This document shows positions 22,397 to 33,670 of a DNA stretch of 64,000 nt, one piece after another. This DNA comes from Ramazzottius varieornatus (Eukaryota > Animalia > Tardigrada): positions 2,066,730-2,130,729 of the forward strand of contig BDGG01000007.1 in the NCBI GenBank assembly GCA_001949185.1, given 5' to 3'. Under the pieces are notes generated by a model. The model was given only the letters and a program-made list of their open reading frames with translations. It was not told the DNA's origin and did no database searches. Position 1 is the stretch's first letter; every line of letters starts with the position of its first letter. Both the position numbers and the translations under genes were made by a program.

Positions 22397-23640
22397 ATGT
22401 CTTACAACCGCACCGAATACCGCAGCGACAGCGACCGTCACGATGATGACAAGCAGGGAGGATGGCGATCGTGGTTCGGTCTGGGAGGAAACAAGGACGA
22501 TAACAACGTGAGTACTCTTTCCTGACTACCGCTCGCTTCTTCCATTCTCGAGGGTAGCTTTGTTCCGTCTGCAAGATGGAGCAGCGATGCTAGGTTGGTT
22601 GCTTGTAGGATCGTGACCGTGGATACTCCTACACCAACACGACCACCTACCGAGGGGATGACAGCAATCGATACGGATTCTCCGGTGATCGCATGAGTGG
22701 ACCGTCTGGCTACTCTGGAGCCATCAGTGGAGGATACAGTGGCAGCCGAGGCGGTTACGGATACACTACCAGCGATGACTACAACCGAGGTAAGCTTCAC
22801 TTCCGGTTGCCCTGTTTGATGTGACTTGGCCTGTGGCAAGCCTTGCGCTGTCTGGGCGTTTTGGCAGGCGGTGGGGAACAGTTGGTGACGGTCTGGTTTT
22901 GTGTGTGGTTGCAGGTAACACCAACTACTCTCGCTCGAATGACAACAGCAACTACAACCGTGACAACAGCAGCCGAGGTGGAGACCGTGACGTCTACTAC
23001 CGCCAGGAGACTCGAACCTATCCCACCACGGGATACACTGGATCGTCCAACTACACCAGCGGCAACTACGGAAGCTACGGTACGCCCAGCTACGGTACGC
23101 CCAGCTACGGTACGCAAAGCTTCGGTCCGCAAAGCTTCGGTCCCAGCTATGGTAACACCGACCGCGACTACACTGTCTCGCGCACCACCACCAACTACAA
23201 CACCGACCGCGACTACCGACCTACCGGTACCACCGGCACCACCGGCTACGGCTTCAGCGGCGACCGTGACACCAGCTTCCGCAATACCAGCTTCAACACC
23301 ACTGGCGACCGTGACACCTTCAACCGCGGAAGCTACAGCGGCGGATACGCCACGTCGGGCAACCAGGGCGGCTTCAGCACCACCTCTGGCATGGGCCATC
23401 CCGGAAACTACTCATCGTCCTACACCAGCCCATCTGGTACCTACGGACAGAGCTCCAACTACTGTAAGTTTTTACTTCCCTCTCTTCGCGAGTAAGGGTT
23501 ACCTGGCCTTGATTGACTTCACCATTGAAACTCTTGATGGGCTTTCCTGGTTCGACGCCCCTGATATCCGTTTCTTGCTCTTTGGTTTGTACATGCCTCA
23601 TTTGTCTTTTCTCTTTGCAGCTTACAACCGAAACTACTAG
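22397..23640 (+). CDS. Tyr/Gly/Ser/Thr/Arg/Asp-rich intrinsically disordered protein, 286 aa
   Basis: Exons 22397-22507, 22609-22789, 22915-23463, 23621-23640; SYGTP, SFGPQ, GDRD/TDRDY repeats; N-terminal GGWRSWFG. Confidence 0.87.
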
Positions 23641-24215
23641 ACGCTGGATGTGGAACGTTGCGCCGAGTTTTTCTTGCTTCATCCCAGTTGAAACTTTCCA
23701 TTTGCCCTGTGAGTTTTAGCGATTCTTGGTGCATTTTCTGTTGGTAGAATGTTCGTTTTTCGCGGTTATGGTTGACTTGCTCTTTTCCATTCTCATTTGA
23801 GCCGTTTGCTCATAATTGTTCATTAGAAATATCTTCGAGAAAATATCATCGCGGTCAGCTTGCTTCACTTCGTTCCTGTGGGGAAAGGGTAAATATCCGG
23901 TAGGGCAAGGATCAGGGTTCTGCGGGGCACAGGAAACGAAGGAAAATCGAAGATGCAGGAAAAGCTATTTTCCGACGCTATTTGATTGTCAAGCTATTTG
24001 ATTGTCAGTACGAGGCAGAGGACATATGACCATACTCGTAGCGATTTTCGCATCATTATTTGGGGCATATCTTTTCTCTGCTCCTGTTGCACTTGGTCAC
24101 GTGCTTCTTGTTTCCTGACGTTGATGAGTCGGTGTGCTAAAGGTTTAGACAGGACTGGGAATGACAGAATATTTTAGGTTGGTACAATTTGTCGTGGTAA
24201 AGAGACGGGTCTGTC

Positions 24216-25398
24216 AAATGTCGAAGAGCCTACAGTTGTATCAACAGGCGGACAATGAGAAATCAATCAAGCGTTGGTACTGACATTTAGACTTTTCGCG
24301 TTGCCCGAATTATGTACAAGGTGAACGACATAATTCGGCCGTACCTATTTTTAGGACGTAATTATGACCGGTTATATTTCTTAGCTCACTGTACCACCTC
24401 GCTCAAGTTTTCGTTACCGAGGTAGACAAACTTATCCTTCAGAGCACTGGATAGGTTTTAGGATGAGATGAAGTTTCGGGTCGAAGAAACAGCTCTTGGG
24501 AGGAAAAGGGGTCGGTCTAATGTTAAAAAGCCTAAATTTGTATCAACAGGCGTACGATGGAAAATGAATCAAGCGTTGACGATAATGTTCAAACGTTTTA
24601 CGCCGTCAGAATTATGTCCCAAAAATGGGTACGGCAGACTTACGTCGTTTACCTCGTATAAAAACTCTAAAACGGAAAGTGATCATGTGACCACCTGTAA
24701 AGTCAGCAGAACCACCCGTTTAATTGACATTTGAAAGAAAGATCACTTCTCTTCAGTTCTCTGTGATTTTGATGTTTTTGTTCACTTTCCCGAAGGGTAG
24801 TTCTCTTCAGACGTTGGTCACAGTTCAATCTCGTTGCCCACATTTCGATCTTGTTGTCGTCAAAGCGTACTCGCAGACTTGCGGTAAACGGATCTGCAGT
24901 GAAACTTGATGTCGAGCAGCTTGTTGATCGCCAGGAAAGCGTGTCGCCTTCAGCTTGGAGCCATTTGCAGTCAGGTGAGCTATCGCGTTCCTTTCCCTTT
25001 GTGTAGCGATGTAAACAGCAGCTCATGAGGTGGGAAGGCTGTGAGGGAGGCGTAAGGTAACTGTCACTTTGCAAATATGACTCGTGCTTTAAGTAAACAC
25101 CGGAAATCCCCAGCTGGAACAACCGCTTCGGACTTCCTTCTGGCCGCTGTGGAGAACGTGTACACTGTACAGTCAGTCTTGTGGCAACTGTTGATGTCTT
25201 TGTTGCTAATGTGTCCAGCAAACTAGTACAGTTCACTTTCCGTTTTAGAGTTTTTATACGAGGTAAACGACGTAAGTCTGCCGTACCCATTTTTGGGACA
25301 TAATTCTGATGGCGTAAAACGTTTGAACATTATCGTCAACGCTTGATTCATTTTCCATCGTACGCCTGTTGATACAACTGTAGGCTCTTCGACATTTC
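24216..25398. mobile_element. Long-inverted-repeat (foldback/MULE-like) non-autonomous element
   Basis: ~24538-24682 is a near-perfect inverted copy of ~25233-25378; the outer end aaatgtcgaagagcctacagttgtatcaacaggcg (24216) pairs with 25363-25397. Confidence 0.75.
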
Positions 25399-25576
25399 AG
25401 CAAATCAGTCAAGCAAGACGGCACATCCGCCTCGCCCGTCGTAAAGATCAAGACAGACTTGTCTCTTTTCATACTCTGGCTAGTTTTAGCTTATAAGGTT
25501 TCCGTACTGACTTTTTAAAGACTATTTTTTTCCTCGACAGAGTATTGTGAGGGGCCTTATCACAAGCGGCTGCACC

Positions 25577-26385
25577 ATGGCTTCAAAAGACGCAGGTGAG
25601 TCTGGCGATACTGCGCATCAAGGCTTCGATTCGTCCGCTGAGGGCGGAGAGGCGCAGGAGCGAGCTGCTCAACACCAGGCCGCAGATACGGTCGACCCCA
25701 ACTTGAAGAAGGCTGGCCAGGTATTTCCAGAGGCCCCGAAGGGAAACACGACACGAAAGACGGGCCATCTCGATGAAGGCCAAGGCGATGGTAAGTCCAG
25801 CATTGTTTCTGCTTGCTGGTGAATGATGCACTGTGTGGTTCTTTCTTGTGTCGGTGAACGTGGCGACGGTGACGTCATTCGTCTGTTCGTAAGCTTGGCC
25901 GTTACTGTATGACATGACGTGACCGTATTGTGGATATGACATGACATAAGGTGATATGCCGTTTTTTCTGTTGCAGGAGCCGTTGGACATTCGCAGACTC
26001 TCTCGCACCTCTCTGACTCAGTACAGCGTTCTTTCTCTGACTTTAGGGCCGTCACTCAGTGTTTGTGCTTTGTTTTACAGTCGCAAGGGACGAAAAGCAT
26101 AACCAAAGCCTCGTCGGACAGGGCTTCGTGACGGGCGAGCAGGCCGGAGCTGGCACTACCTTCCAGCAACATCGTGGCGATCCAGAACTGATTTCCGGCA
26201 GTGGGAAAGACAATGAAGATGGCGCGACACCGGTGGCGTTGGGTGGTGACTATGATGCAAGGTACAGCAAGCCAGAAGGCGAGCAAGATTTTGACGCCGT
26301 GCACGGACACAAGACAGACATTCCCTGGAGCAGCGGCCAAGGTTCGGGCTTCGACAAAGATTGGCAGTATGAGGATAAGAACTAG
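25577..26385 (+). CDS. Small acidic Gly-rich hydrophilin-like protein, ~172 aa
   Basis: Exons 25577-25790 and 26081-26385 (phase 1); CACCATGG start; rich in G/D/E/Q/A, no Cys, no hydrophobic segment. Confidence 0.78.
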
Positions 26386-26750
26386 ACTGTGAGGGACTTT
26401 GGTCGTTGTGCTTTGATCATTCTGTAGACGCAGCTTTCCTCGTTGAACGTTCCGTTTGTATATCTCACTTTGAACTGTATACTTTCTTTGTTTTGCTGTG
26501 TTTTCTCCCACCTTGAATGTTCCTGGGTTTGCTTAGTCAAGTCTTGCTCGGTGCTTGGAAGTTCTTGCTTATCCTCTGGCTTGTTGGGTTTATGCTGTAC
26601 AGTGCAAATAGAATGCTACCATAAACTACTAACAAAGATATATTTTCGGACATTTGCCAAAACTATTTACGGTCGATAAAACTGTTCAGGTGGTACAAGA
26701 ACGAGAAACTAGTAACTTGGGCTGCCTCGATCAAAGAGGTTTCGCGTACG

Positions 26751-26885
26751 AGATCGTTTGTCCAAGTGATGCACACCATCAGCCAGTCACAATGAAAACT
26801 TGCGCGACTTGAACAAATTCAACAAGATGGTTTTCCAAGTGGCGCACGCTTCCGGTCAGTAATACTGTTAACGTGCGCCACTTCA
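26751..26885. repeat. Two tandem palindromic element units (intergenic)
   Basis: Arms at 26763 and 26836, 27-nt spacers; extended arm caagatggttttccaagtggcgca. Confidence 0.85.
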
Positions 26886-27315
26886 GGAAATACGCTTTAC
26901 AACGGATCTGTTCGCAGTCTTGTGTAGTCTTTGTTCTCTGCAACGCAGTTTCCATGTGAAAAGGGGACGTCGACTGTTGTCCTTCAGAAAAGAAGACCAA
27001 CAGCAGAATCCCGAACTTTTGATAGCACAGTCTTTGTGGTCGACAGGAGAAGCTGAAGAGTGCCTATCACGTACGCAGACCGGTCAGGCTCGAGCTGCGG
27101 GTGATCATGTTTGAGGAACCAGGAAGTTGACGGTAGAGCGGAAGTCGAAGGGGCAGCTTGCGCAGTTTCCATAGAAAATTAGCCGGGATATGGGAGGCAA
27201 AAGTTCCAAAGAAGTAAGTCGTACCACAATTTCGAAAGCCTGACTATCTCGAGTAAAGTATTGTACGATATCAAATCTCTGATTGCAATAAACTACATTA
27301 TAGAATAAAAGCAAC

Positions 27316-29478
27316 ATGGCTGTCAACTTTGCTGACCAGAATGCTCCAGCGCTGGAGGGACAAGCAGCTGGCGACGACGCAGTACCTGCCGATGGTGCTA
27401 CCTTTGATGCCAATGCTCCTGCAGGCGATGCAGCCGCACCTCCGCCCAAGAAAAAGAAGGACAAGAAGGCCAAGAAAGCCGAACGGAAAGCTCAACAGGA
27501 AGCGGAAGCCGCTGCCTTGGCCGCTCAAGCTGCAGCCGACCTCGAAGCTGCGAAAAAAGCAGCCGATGACGCTACCCTAGGTTACGCTGCTCCGCCCGCA
27601 CCGCTTGAGCAGAATGCCCCGCAGTTTGAGGGTGGCGATGGTGGTGATGGTGGTGATGGAGGGTTAGGAAGATTGGGCATCAGTGTAACGATCGACCCTG
27701 ATCTGGTCAAGATAGAGGACGACGCCCAGAAGAAAATCGGCATTCAACTGGAAGTTATCCTGGAAGGCTTAGAAGGCAGCCTGGATATGACGATCGAAGA
27801 GCGGAACAAGCTAGCTCATGAACTGAATACCCTGCAGCAGGAGATTGCAGTCTTGGACGGGGAGACAGCCAGTAGAACGGCGGAGATTCGGGAAAGGGAG
27901 AAGAACCTGGTGGAAGTCAACGATATCATCAAGGATCTGAAGAGCAAGGCTTGTGCCTACGCTCTAGAGACCAAGCAGATTGCCCAAGATGTCCAGGAAA
28001 GAATAGCCATGGACCCCAAAGATAAGGCGCTGATGGAGGGGAAGAATAGGCTGGAAAGAGTACGGGGTGCCTTGTTGGATTTGTACGCCGAACAACTGGT
28101 CTTGAAGGCCAGCTTCCTGGCCTATGCCGCCTCCCTGAAAGGAATGGGCAAGAAGACGAGGATCACCAAGGATCTGAACGAACAGACACATCAGATGATG
28201 AAGGACATACCTCCCCTCAAGCAGGATATCGTCACATTGCGGGATAAACTGACCGCCTTCAAACGAGATACGGCAGAGGTAAGTGTGCTTTGCAACGAAT
28301 ATTGAAAATGTACTGATAGACAAACCAACACTTGACGCTATGATGTCACGTTAAAACTGCGTCATCTGACCTGTAATGGAGGGCAGCGCCTGACGCAATG
28401 GGCGACTTGAACAGGGGAACTCGCTCTTAATCGGCAGACGAACTAGGCTACATCGTTTTACCAAGTGGCGCATTTTCTTGCCGATAATGCCCACAACGTG
28501 CGTCACGGGGAAAACGATCTGAGTTTGTATGGCACGAAGTCACGACTGAGTCACGACTGATTTCCCGTCTGTGCTTTGAGCGCTTGGTGAACTAGGCAAA
28601 AGAGTTTCTTGCAGGCCAGTGTCCGCCTGAGGGATCAGATCCAACAAGAACGCGAACGAATGATCACAGAAGCCCGGGAGCAGAAGTACCTGGTGAAGCT
28701 GTACGAGGAAGAGGCCAAGATCATGGAGCGTCTGGACTCGGATCTGCGCCTGCAACTGGATTCCGCCGTGGAAGTAGCTGGTAAACTGCAGCTGGAGCTG
28801 CGCGACAACCAAAAGTACTTTGACCATCTGACAGCCCGTCTGCAGTACTGTATCCACCACGAAACACTGACACCGAGTGGCGGTATGGCCAGCATTCTCC
28901 ATCGCAAGAAGAAGACGACCAGTCCCACCGAAGCCAAACCCAACGAGCAAGTAACTGCCCCCAAAGTGGATGATACCACTGTGGTGACCATCACGGCAGC
29001 ACAACCCAAGAAGGAGGAAGGCAAGCTGCTGGTGGGCAAGTCGGCCAAGAAAGCCGCTGATCTGCAAGACATCCTCAACGACATGGACCTCAAACGCGGA
29101 GCCATGCGAGCTCAGATCAAGTACCTCGAGCACAAGATTCAGCAGCTGGAGATTGAAGTGTACATCTCCAAGATGAATGTGGAGATTCAGATGTTACAAA
29201 CCTCCATCAAAATCGAAACCTGGAAGAAGACGGGCAAGGTGCCTGCAGCCATGACCGTCTCCGTCATCGACACTGCCCTCAGAGCCTCGCAGATGCCGGC
29301 AGTCGGCAGTCCTTCCCTTCATTCGCCCCATGACAAACCTCTGGAGACACGCCATCGTGTCAAGAGGGGCAGTGTGGGTCAGGATATTATCGGTGCTGGC
29401 AAAGACTCCATCGTTAAAGGCCCCAGAGGAGTATTTGGTAAGACGGTAGACATGGCCAAAGGAGACAAGAGAATCTGA
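27316..29478 (+). CDS. Long coiled-coil protein with an Ala/Asp-rich head and a basic NLS-like motif, 608 aa
   Basis: Exons 27316-28278 and 28615-29478 (phase 0); PPPKKKKDKKAKK; extended heptad-like E/K/L/Q-rich rod. Confidence 0.85.
28451..28521. repeat. Palindromic element unit (coiled-coil gene intron)
   Basis: catcgttttaccaagtggcgca-26 nt-tgcgtcacggggaaaacgatc. Confidence 0.8.
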
Positions 29479-29868
29479 TCAAGTCGTCGCTACTGGCTAC
29501 TTGGCCTTTCCAGCCTACGCTGTGTCCAGTAGGCCGTCCATCTGGAGGTCTGACCATCGGTCTATCTGTGACGTAGGCTCTGCTCCTACCCAGCTGACAA
29601 TTTCCAACCAACGGCCGAACGTCTTTCTTTTCCAAAGTAAAGCTAGTCTTTGGATCGGCCACACTTTCTTTTTTCTTGTTTTATTTTGTTTTGTTTTTTT
29701 CAACTCTTAAGGCATTGTCAGTCAATGGGAAGCAAACTTTGTGCAGCAGAGTTCGGGTAAAACTCAAAATCAAAACTCGAGGGACATCTTTGAAAACAGA
29801 TATACTTTTTAAAGGAAACAAAGCAGAGCAGCCACCGTTCGAATACACAGTTGTAAAAGAAAGAAGCT

Positions 29869-32404
29869 TTAAAGGGGATTCTGATCGCTGCGGTAGTTGT
29901 GGTGCTGAACGGGAAGTGCTACGCGCTCGGCGTAGGTAGTCAGAAGGACCAACTGCGCTTGGCGCACACACGACACCCAATACTCACGCTGCAGCTCTTT
30001 CTTCTCGTCCTCGTTCTGCTCACGCGCTCTCAGGTTACCACGCAGTCGCTCCAGATGCATCCGTTCGGCCACCAGATGGCGCGGATAATCGGCCATCCTT
30101 CGCTCCAGCAACCTAGTTACGGAGAGGATCAGTTAAGACCTTCCTCAAATTTCCACGACCAAACCACCTAACAACGTGCGCCACTTGGACAAAGTCGACA
30201 GGATTGCGCTATGCAAGTGGCGCACATCCTCAGCGGATTACCTTCAAGTCGTGCGCCACTCAGAATGACAACTTTATCCAAGCCTATTTGCCCACCTCCT
30301 GACTTACGAAAGCTCTTGAAACGAAATTTCTCTCTGTACGAGGTTTTCTTACCCTCTCAAGACGGCTTTAGACTTGTCAGGAAGCTGCACCAAATTTTCT
30401 GCAGTGAGAGAAAGTTTATGAAAAGTGCGAAGCTGAGGAAGAGATGGTCGGTAGCGAAGCGGAAGCAAGGAAGAAAGCTTGGTACCGAGGGCATAAGTTC
30501 CTTGGGGTGTCTGGTCGGCGTCCTCGTTATCGTTCTGGGTGTACTCTACAAACTCTTGATCAGACATGGACATGACACGGAGAATGACGTCCAAGTCATC
30601 ATCGGTCAGAATGCCATCGCGACCCAGAACGATTGGGTATTCATCGCCCACCACTTTCTACCAAAAGACAGGGAGCACATTGAAGATACCCAATCTTGGG
30701 AAAAAGTTGTAACATGAAGCCCTTCTTACTCGATGCTGAAGATATTCCCAGCGCGTCTGGATTTCATCTGCCGTGATGGAAAAATTTTGTGCTTGGATAA
30801 TACTTGTGGCTACTTGCTTCAGGTGCTCTGTGGGGATGAAGACTTCCTCGTGCGGATTCTCCGTGTCGTCTTCGGCATACCCGTAAAGGTACAGCATTTC
30901 CTCGTTGGAGATTTCTCCATAAGTGTTGAAGATTTCTTCACCCTGTGAAAGGAAAGCCAAGCGCTCTATACATCATGCCATCTGATGCACTAATTATGGG
31001 CGAAAGACCTTGTCTTACGGCTTTGATGGCCTTGGTAGAAATCATGGTCAGATCGCCCTCCTCCTCTTGTCCCTCAGCCTCTGCCCAGTGCAGCTTAGCG
31101 TTGTTCTTGCTGACGCTGGCGTTGAGGAAGTCGGCCACGGGAATCATCAGGGGGACTTCGGCCAAGGCATTGCCCACTCGCGTGGCTTCGCCTTGGCCCT
31201 CTTCCTCGTCCGACTCTTCTTCCTCCGTGTCGCTCTCGCCATGGCCACCTTCCTTCGGACGGGTGAAGCTGTATGACATAACGAACGCCGAAACGCGATG
31301 GGCTTCCTCAAGCAGCGTCTCGTACAAACTATAAGCCAAAAGGAACTTCCCAAGGTTGCTTGCCTATGGTCAAGTACCAATTTTCTTACCTTTGGTCGAC
31401 GCCTTTATACTTCTTCAACGCAGGGAAAATCCAGGCTGCAAAGTCGCTCGTAATCTGTGCTTTGTCCCGCTTGACACGATCCGCAACATTCAGTCCAGCT
31501 GTCAATGTTGCCAGAGCGGGCCTAAATGGAAAACGGAGAACGATGAATCAGATATCGGGCAACCGAAACACACCGACCAAACCGGCCCCTGACGTCGCGA
31601 ACATCCGAGGCATGACGTAATGCGCGAGTTGGTCGAAGGCTGAGTGACTCGGTCCAAGAGACAAACACGAAGCTTTCCCTCCCGACTAAAGACCGACACT
31701 CTCTCGTATGGCCTTACGTCTCCCAGAGTAGAGGGACATCCAGTGAGTTCCTGCGCAGGAAGAGATCAAGGTATGGCGCCCACGGCGATGCCGGGTTGGA
31801 AGATTCCAGCATGACGGCCAGGATGGTCGGCGTCCAGCGATTCGATACTGCCATCTTCTCCACGTCTAAAAAGCAACAAGCGCACCTGTACCTCTAACAA
31901 GCACAATGTTTGGATCGAATGAGTGCTGAGACTCACCAGCTCGCAACGTGACCGCATTAGGAAGATTCTGCCAGGATAGCAGGCGTTTCTGCGGAATGCG
32001 AAAGATGACTTCACCGACCTCGATCACCTTCGTGGCTGTCATGCCGTAATTGGCCGCGGAGCCTTTCTTGCCCAGGAATACCTACACACTTTAACGATTA
32101 GACAGTTTTCCAATAATGCGATTGCAAAAGCAGGGAAGATCCTTGCCTTGTCGTTGAAGGTGATGGGATTTTCATTCTCGACGCACCAGCGCACAAACTC
32201 CCTCAGCTTATCATCTCCTTCTTCCACGCGCTGCAGAACATCATTAGTCGCTACGCCATTACCGTCACCTTCATGCATACCGTTGGTCTGAAAGACAGGT
32301 TTCGTCAGGAATCAGGAAGGTATCTTGGGGGAGAATTTCAAACTTACGGTCTTGAGTCTCTTGGCGCTCGGTTCCATATCCGCACTGTTCGTTTCACCAT
32401 CCAT
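29869..32404 (-). CDS. SETD6: N-lysine methyltransferase SETD6/RKM4-like
   Basis: Multi-exon; VMSYSFT, MIPVADFLNA..NNAKL, GEEIFNTYGEISNEEMLYLYGY (post-SET), LSMT substrate-binding C-terminus. Confidence 0.87.
30170..30260. repeat. Palindromic element, 1.5 units (SETD6 intron)
   Basis: cgtgcgccacttgg, then caagtggcgca-27 nt-tgcgccact. Confidence 0.82.
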
Positions 32405-33670
32405 GTCGGCGAGCTACTGCACCAACGCTAGCCAAAACTCTGGAGATGGAAGGAGCGGCAGAGGAAGGGTTGCTCAGTGCTGATGATGTGGAAGGAAAGC
32501 GAAGCCAAATGAGTGATTTCGAAACTGGAGATCCACAAACGAAATTCGAGTATCCATGAATTTTGCTGCGACGTCTTTCTCGGATTGCACGGCGCAAAAA
32601 TTCTAAAGCCACGTGGATTTGACTGTGACAGAAAGGCTGAACCACTCACGTGGCGCCACAGTCCTGCGCGACTTTGCCGTCTTCCTACAGGGCTGGGAAA
32701 CCTTCTGTTTTCTGGATAATCAGCAATCAACCGAATGACCTTCATAATTGCTGTAGAAAATTGTTTCGCGGATTGCGCAATGCAAAACCAAAACAGTGAC
32801 CAGTTTACCGGTTAGACCGATAGAAATTTCCAGCGTGACGTAAACCCACGTGGCTAGTGGGAATTCTCCACATACGTCATAGAGGTACCGACTGAAGGAC
32901 AGCGCCACTTGATACAATGCCGGTACATGCTTGAGGCGTGCCGGAGCGACCTGCGGCCAATCATCTTTTGCACACGCTGAAAACCGCTTACTTTCATTTG
33001 TACGCTGTGCGCACTGGACTGCTTCACTGTGCACACGTTGTAAAAGGTTTTTCTTCGAATCTGTCTTGTTTTCATTCTCCCGTCTCCATTCTCCTTTCTC
33101 TATTCCATGAGAAATTTCTAGTTGTCAAGTTGGGAAGTTCTTTTGTTATACTCAAGAAGACAAGTCCTGGTTGGCGTTACTGCTGTATGGTGCAGTGAGG
33201 ATCATCTCGGATCTTTCAGGTGCGAACGTCGTGCAAAGTGACTGACTTTCTCCTCTCCATTCGACAGTGTGTTGACGAAACTCGCCAGTTCACAGTTTTG
33301 ACGCAGCTCGTTTCTCTTTCCAGGATCTGCAACCTCGGCGCCGGACTCATTGATCCTTCGATATCCGTGGAACTTAAAGTGATAGTCGGGTTAGTTCTAA
33401 GTGTCTGAATGAACGCGTCCAGACTGCAGCTCTTTCTCGCCAAACAGATTGGGCCAGGCTTGCCAGCGTTGTTTGATGTTGATTCATTTCTCTGTCTGAC
33501 GTGGTTGTCTAGTGAGGTGCAGTATTGGGGTCATTGGAGTCAGTCACGTGTCTGAACGTCTGGGTGATGGTGTACGGACTGTACAGCATGTGGTTGATTG
33601 GCTGTTAGGCTGTTGATTTGATCATTTGGCAGACCAGTCAAGCATTTCTTCATCTTCTCCAGTCGCAACG

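Noticed and set aside
22797-23640. Long overlapping ORFs (265 aa T/A/P-rich on +, 200 aa on -) over the IDP2 gene; similar shadows over IDP1
   Set aside because: Stop-poor alternative frames are expected from low-complexity, C-ending codon usage; splice phases support only the Tyr/Gly frame.
18854-26385. Calling the IDPs CAHS, LEA or Dsup
   Set aside because: No long CAHS/LEA 11-mer helical repeats and no Lys/Ala-rich Dsup-like composition.
27316-29478. Intermediate filament / lamin / cytotardin assignment
   Set aside because: IF rod-end consensus motifs, Ig-fold tail and CaaX are absent.
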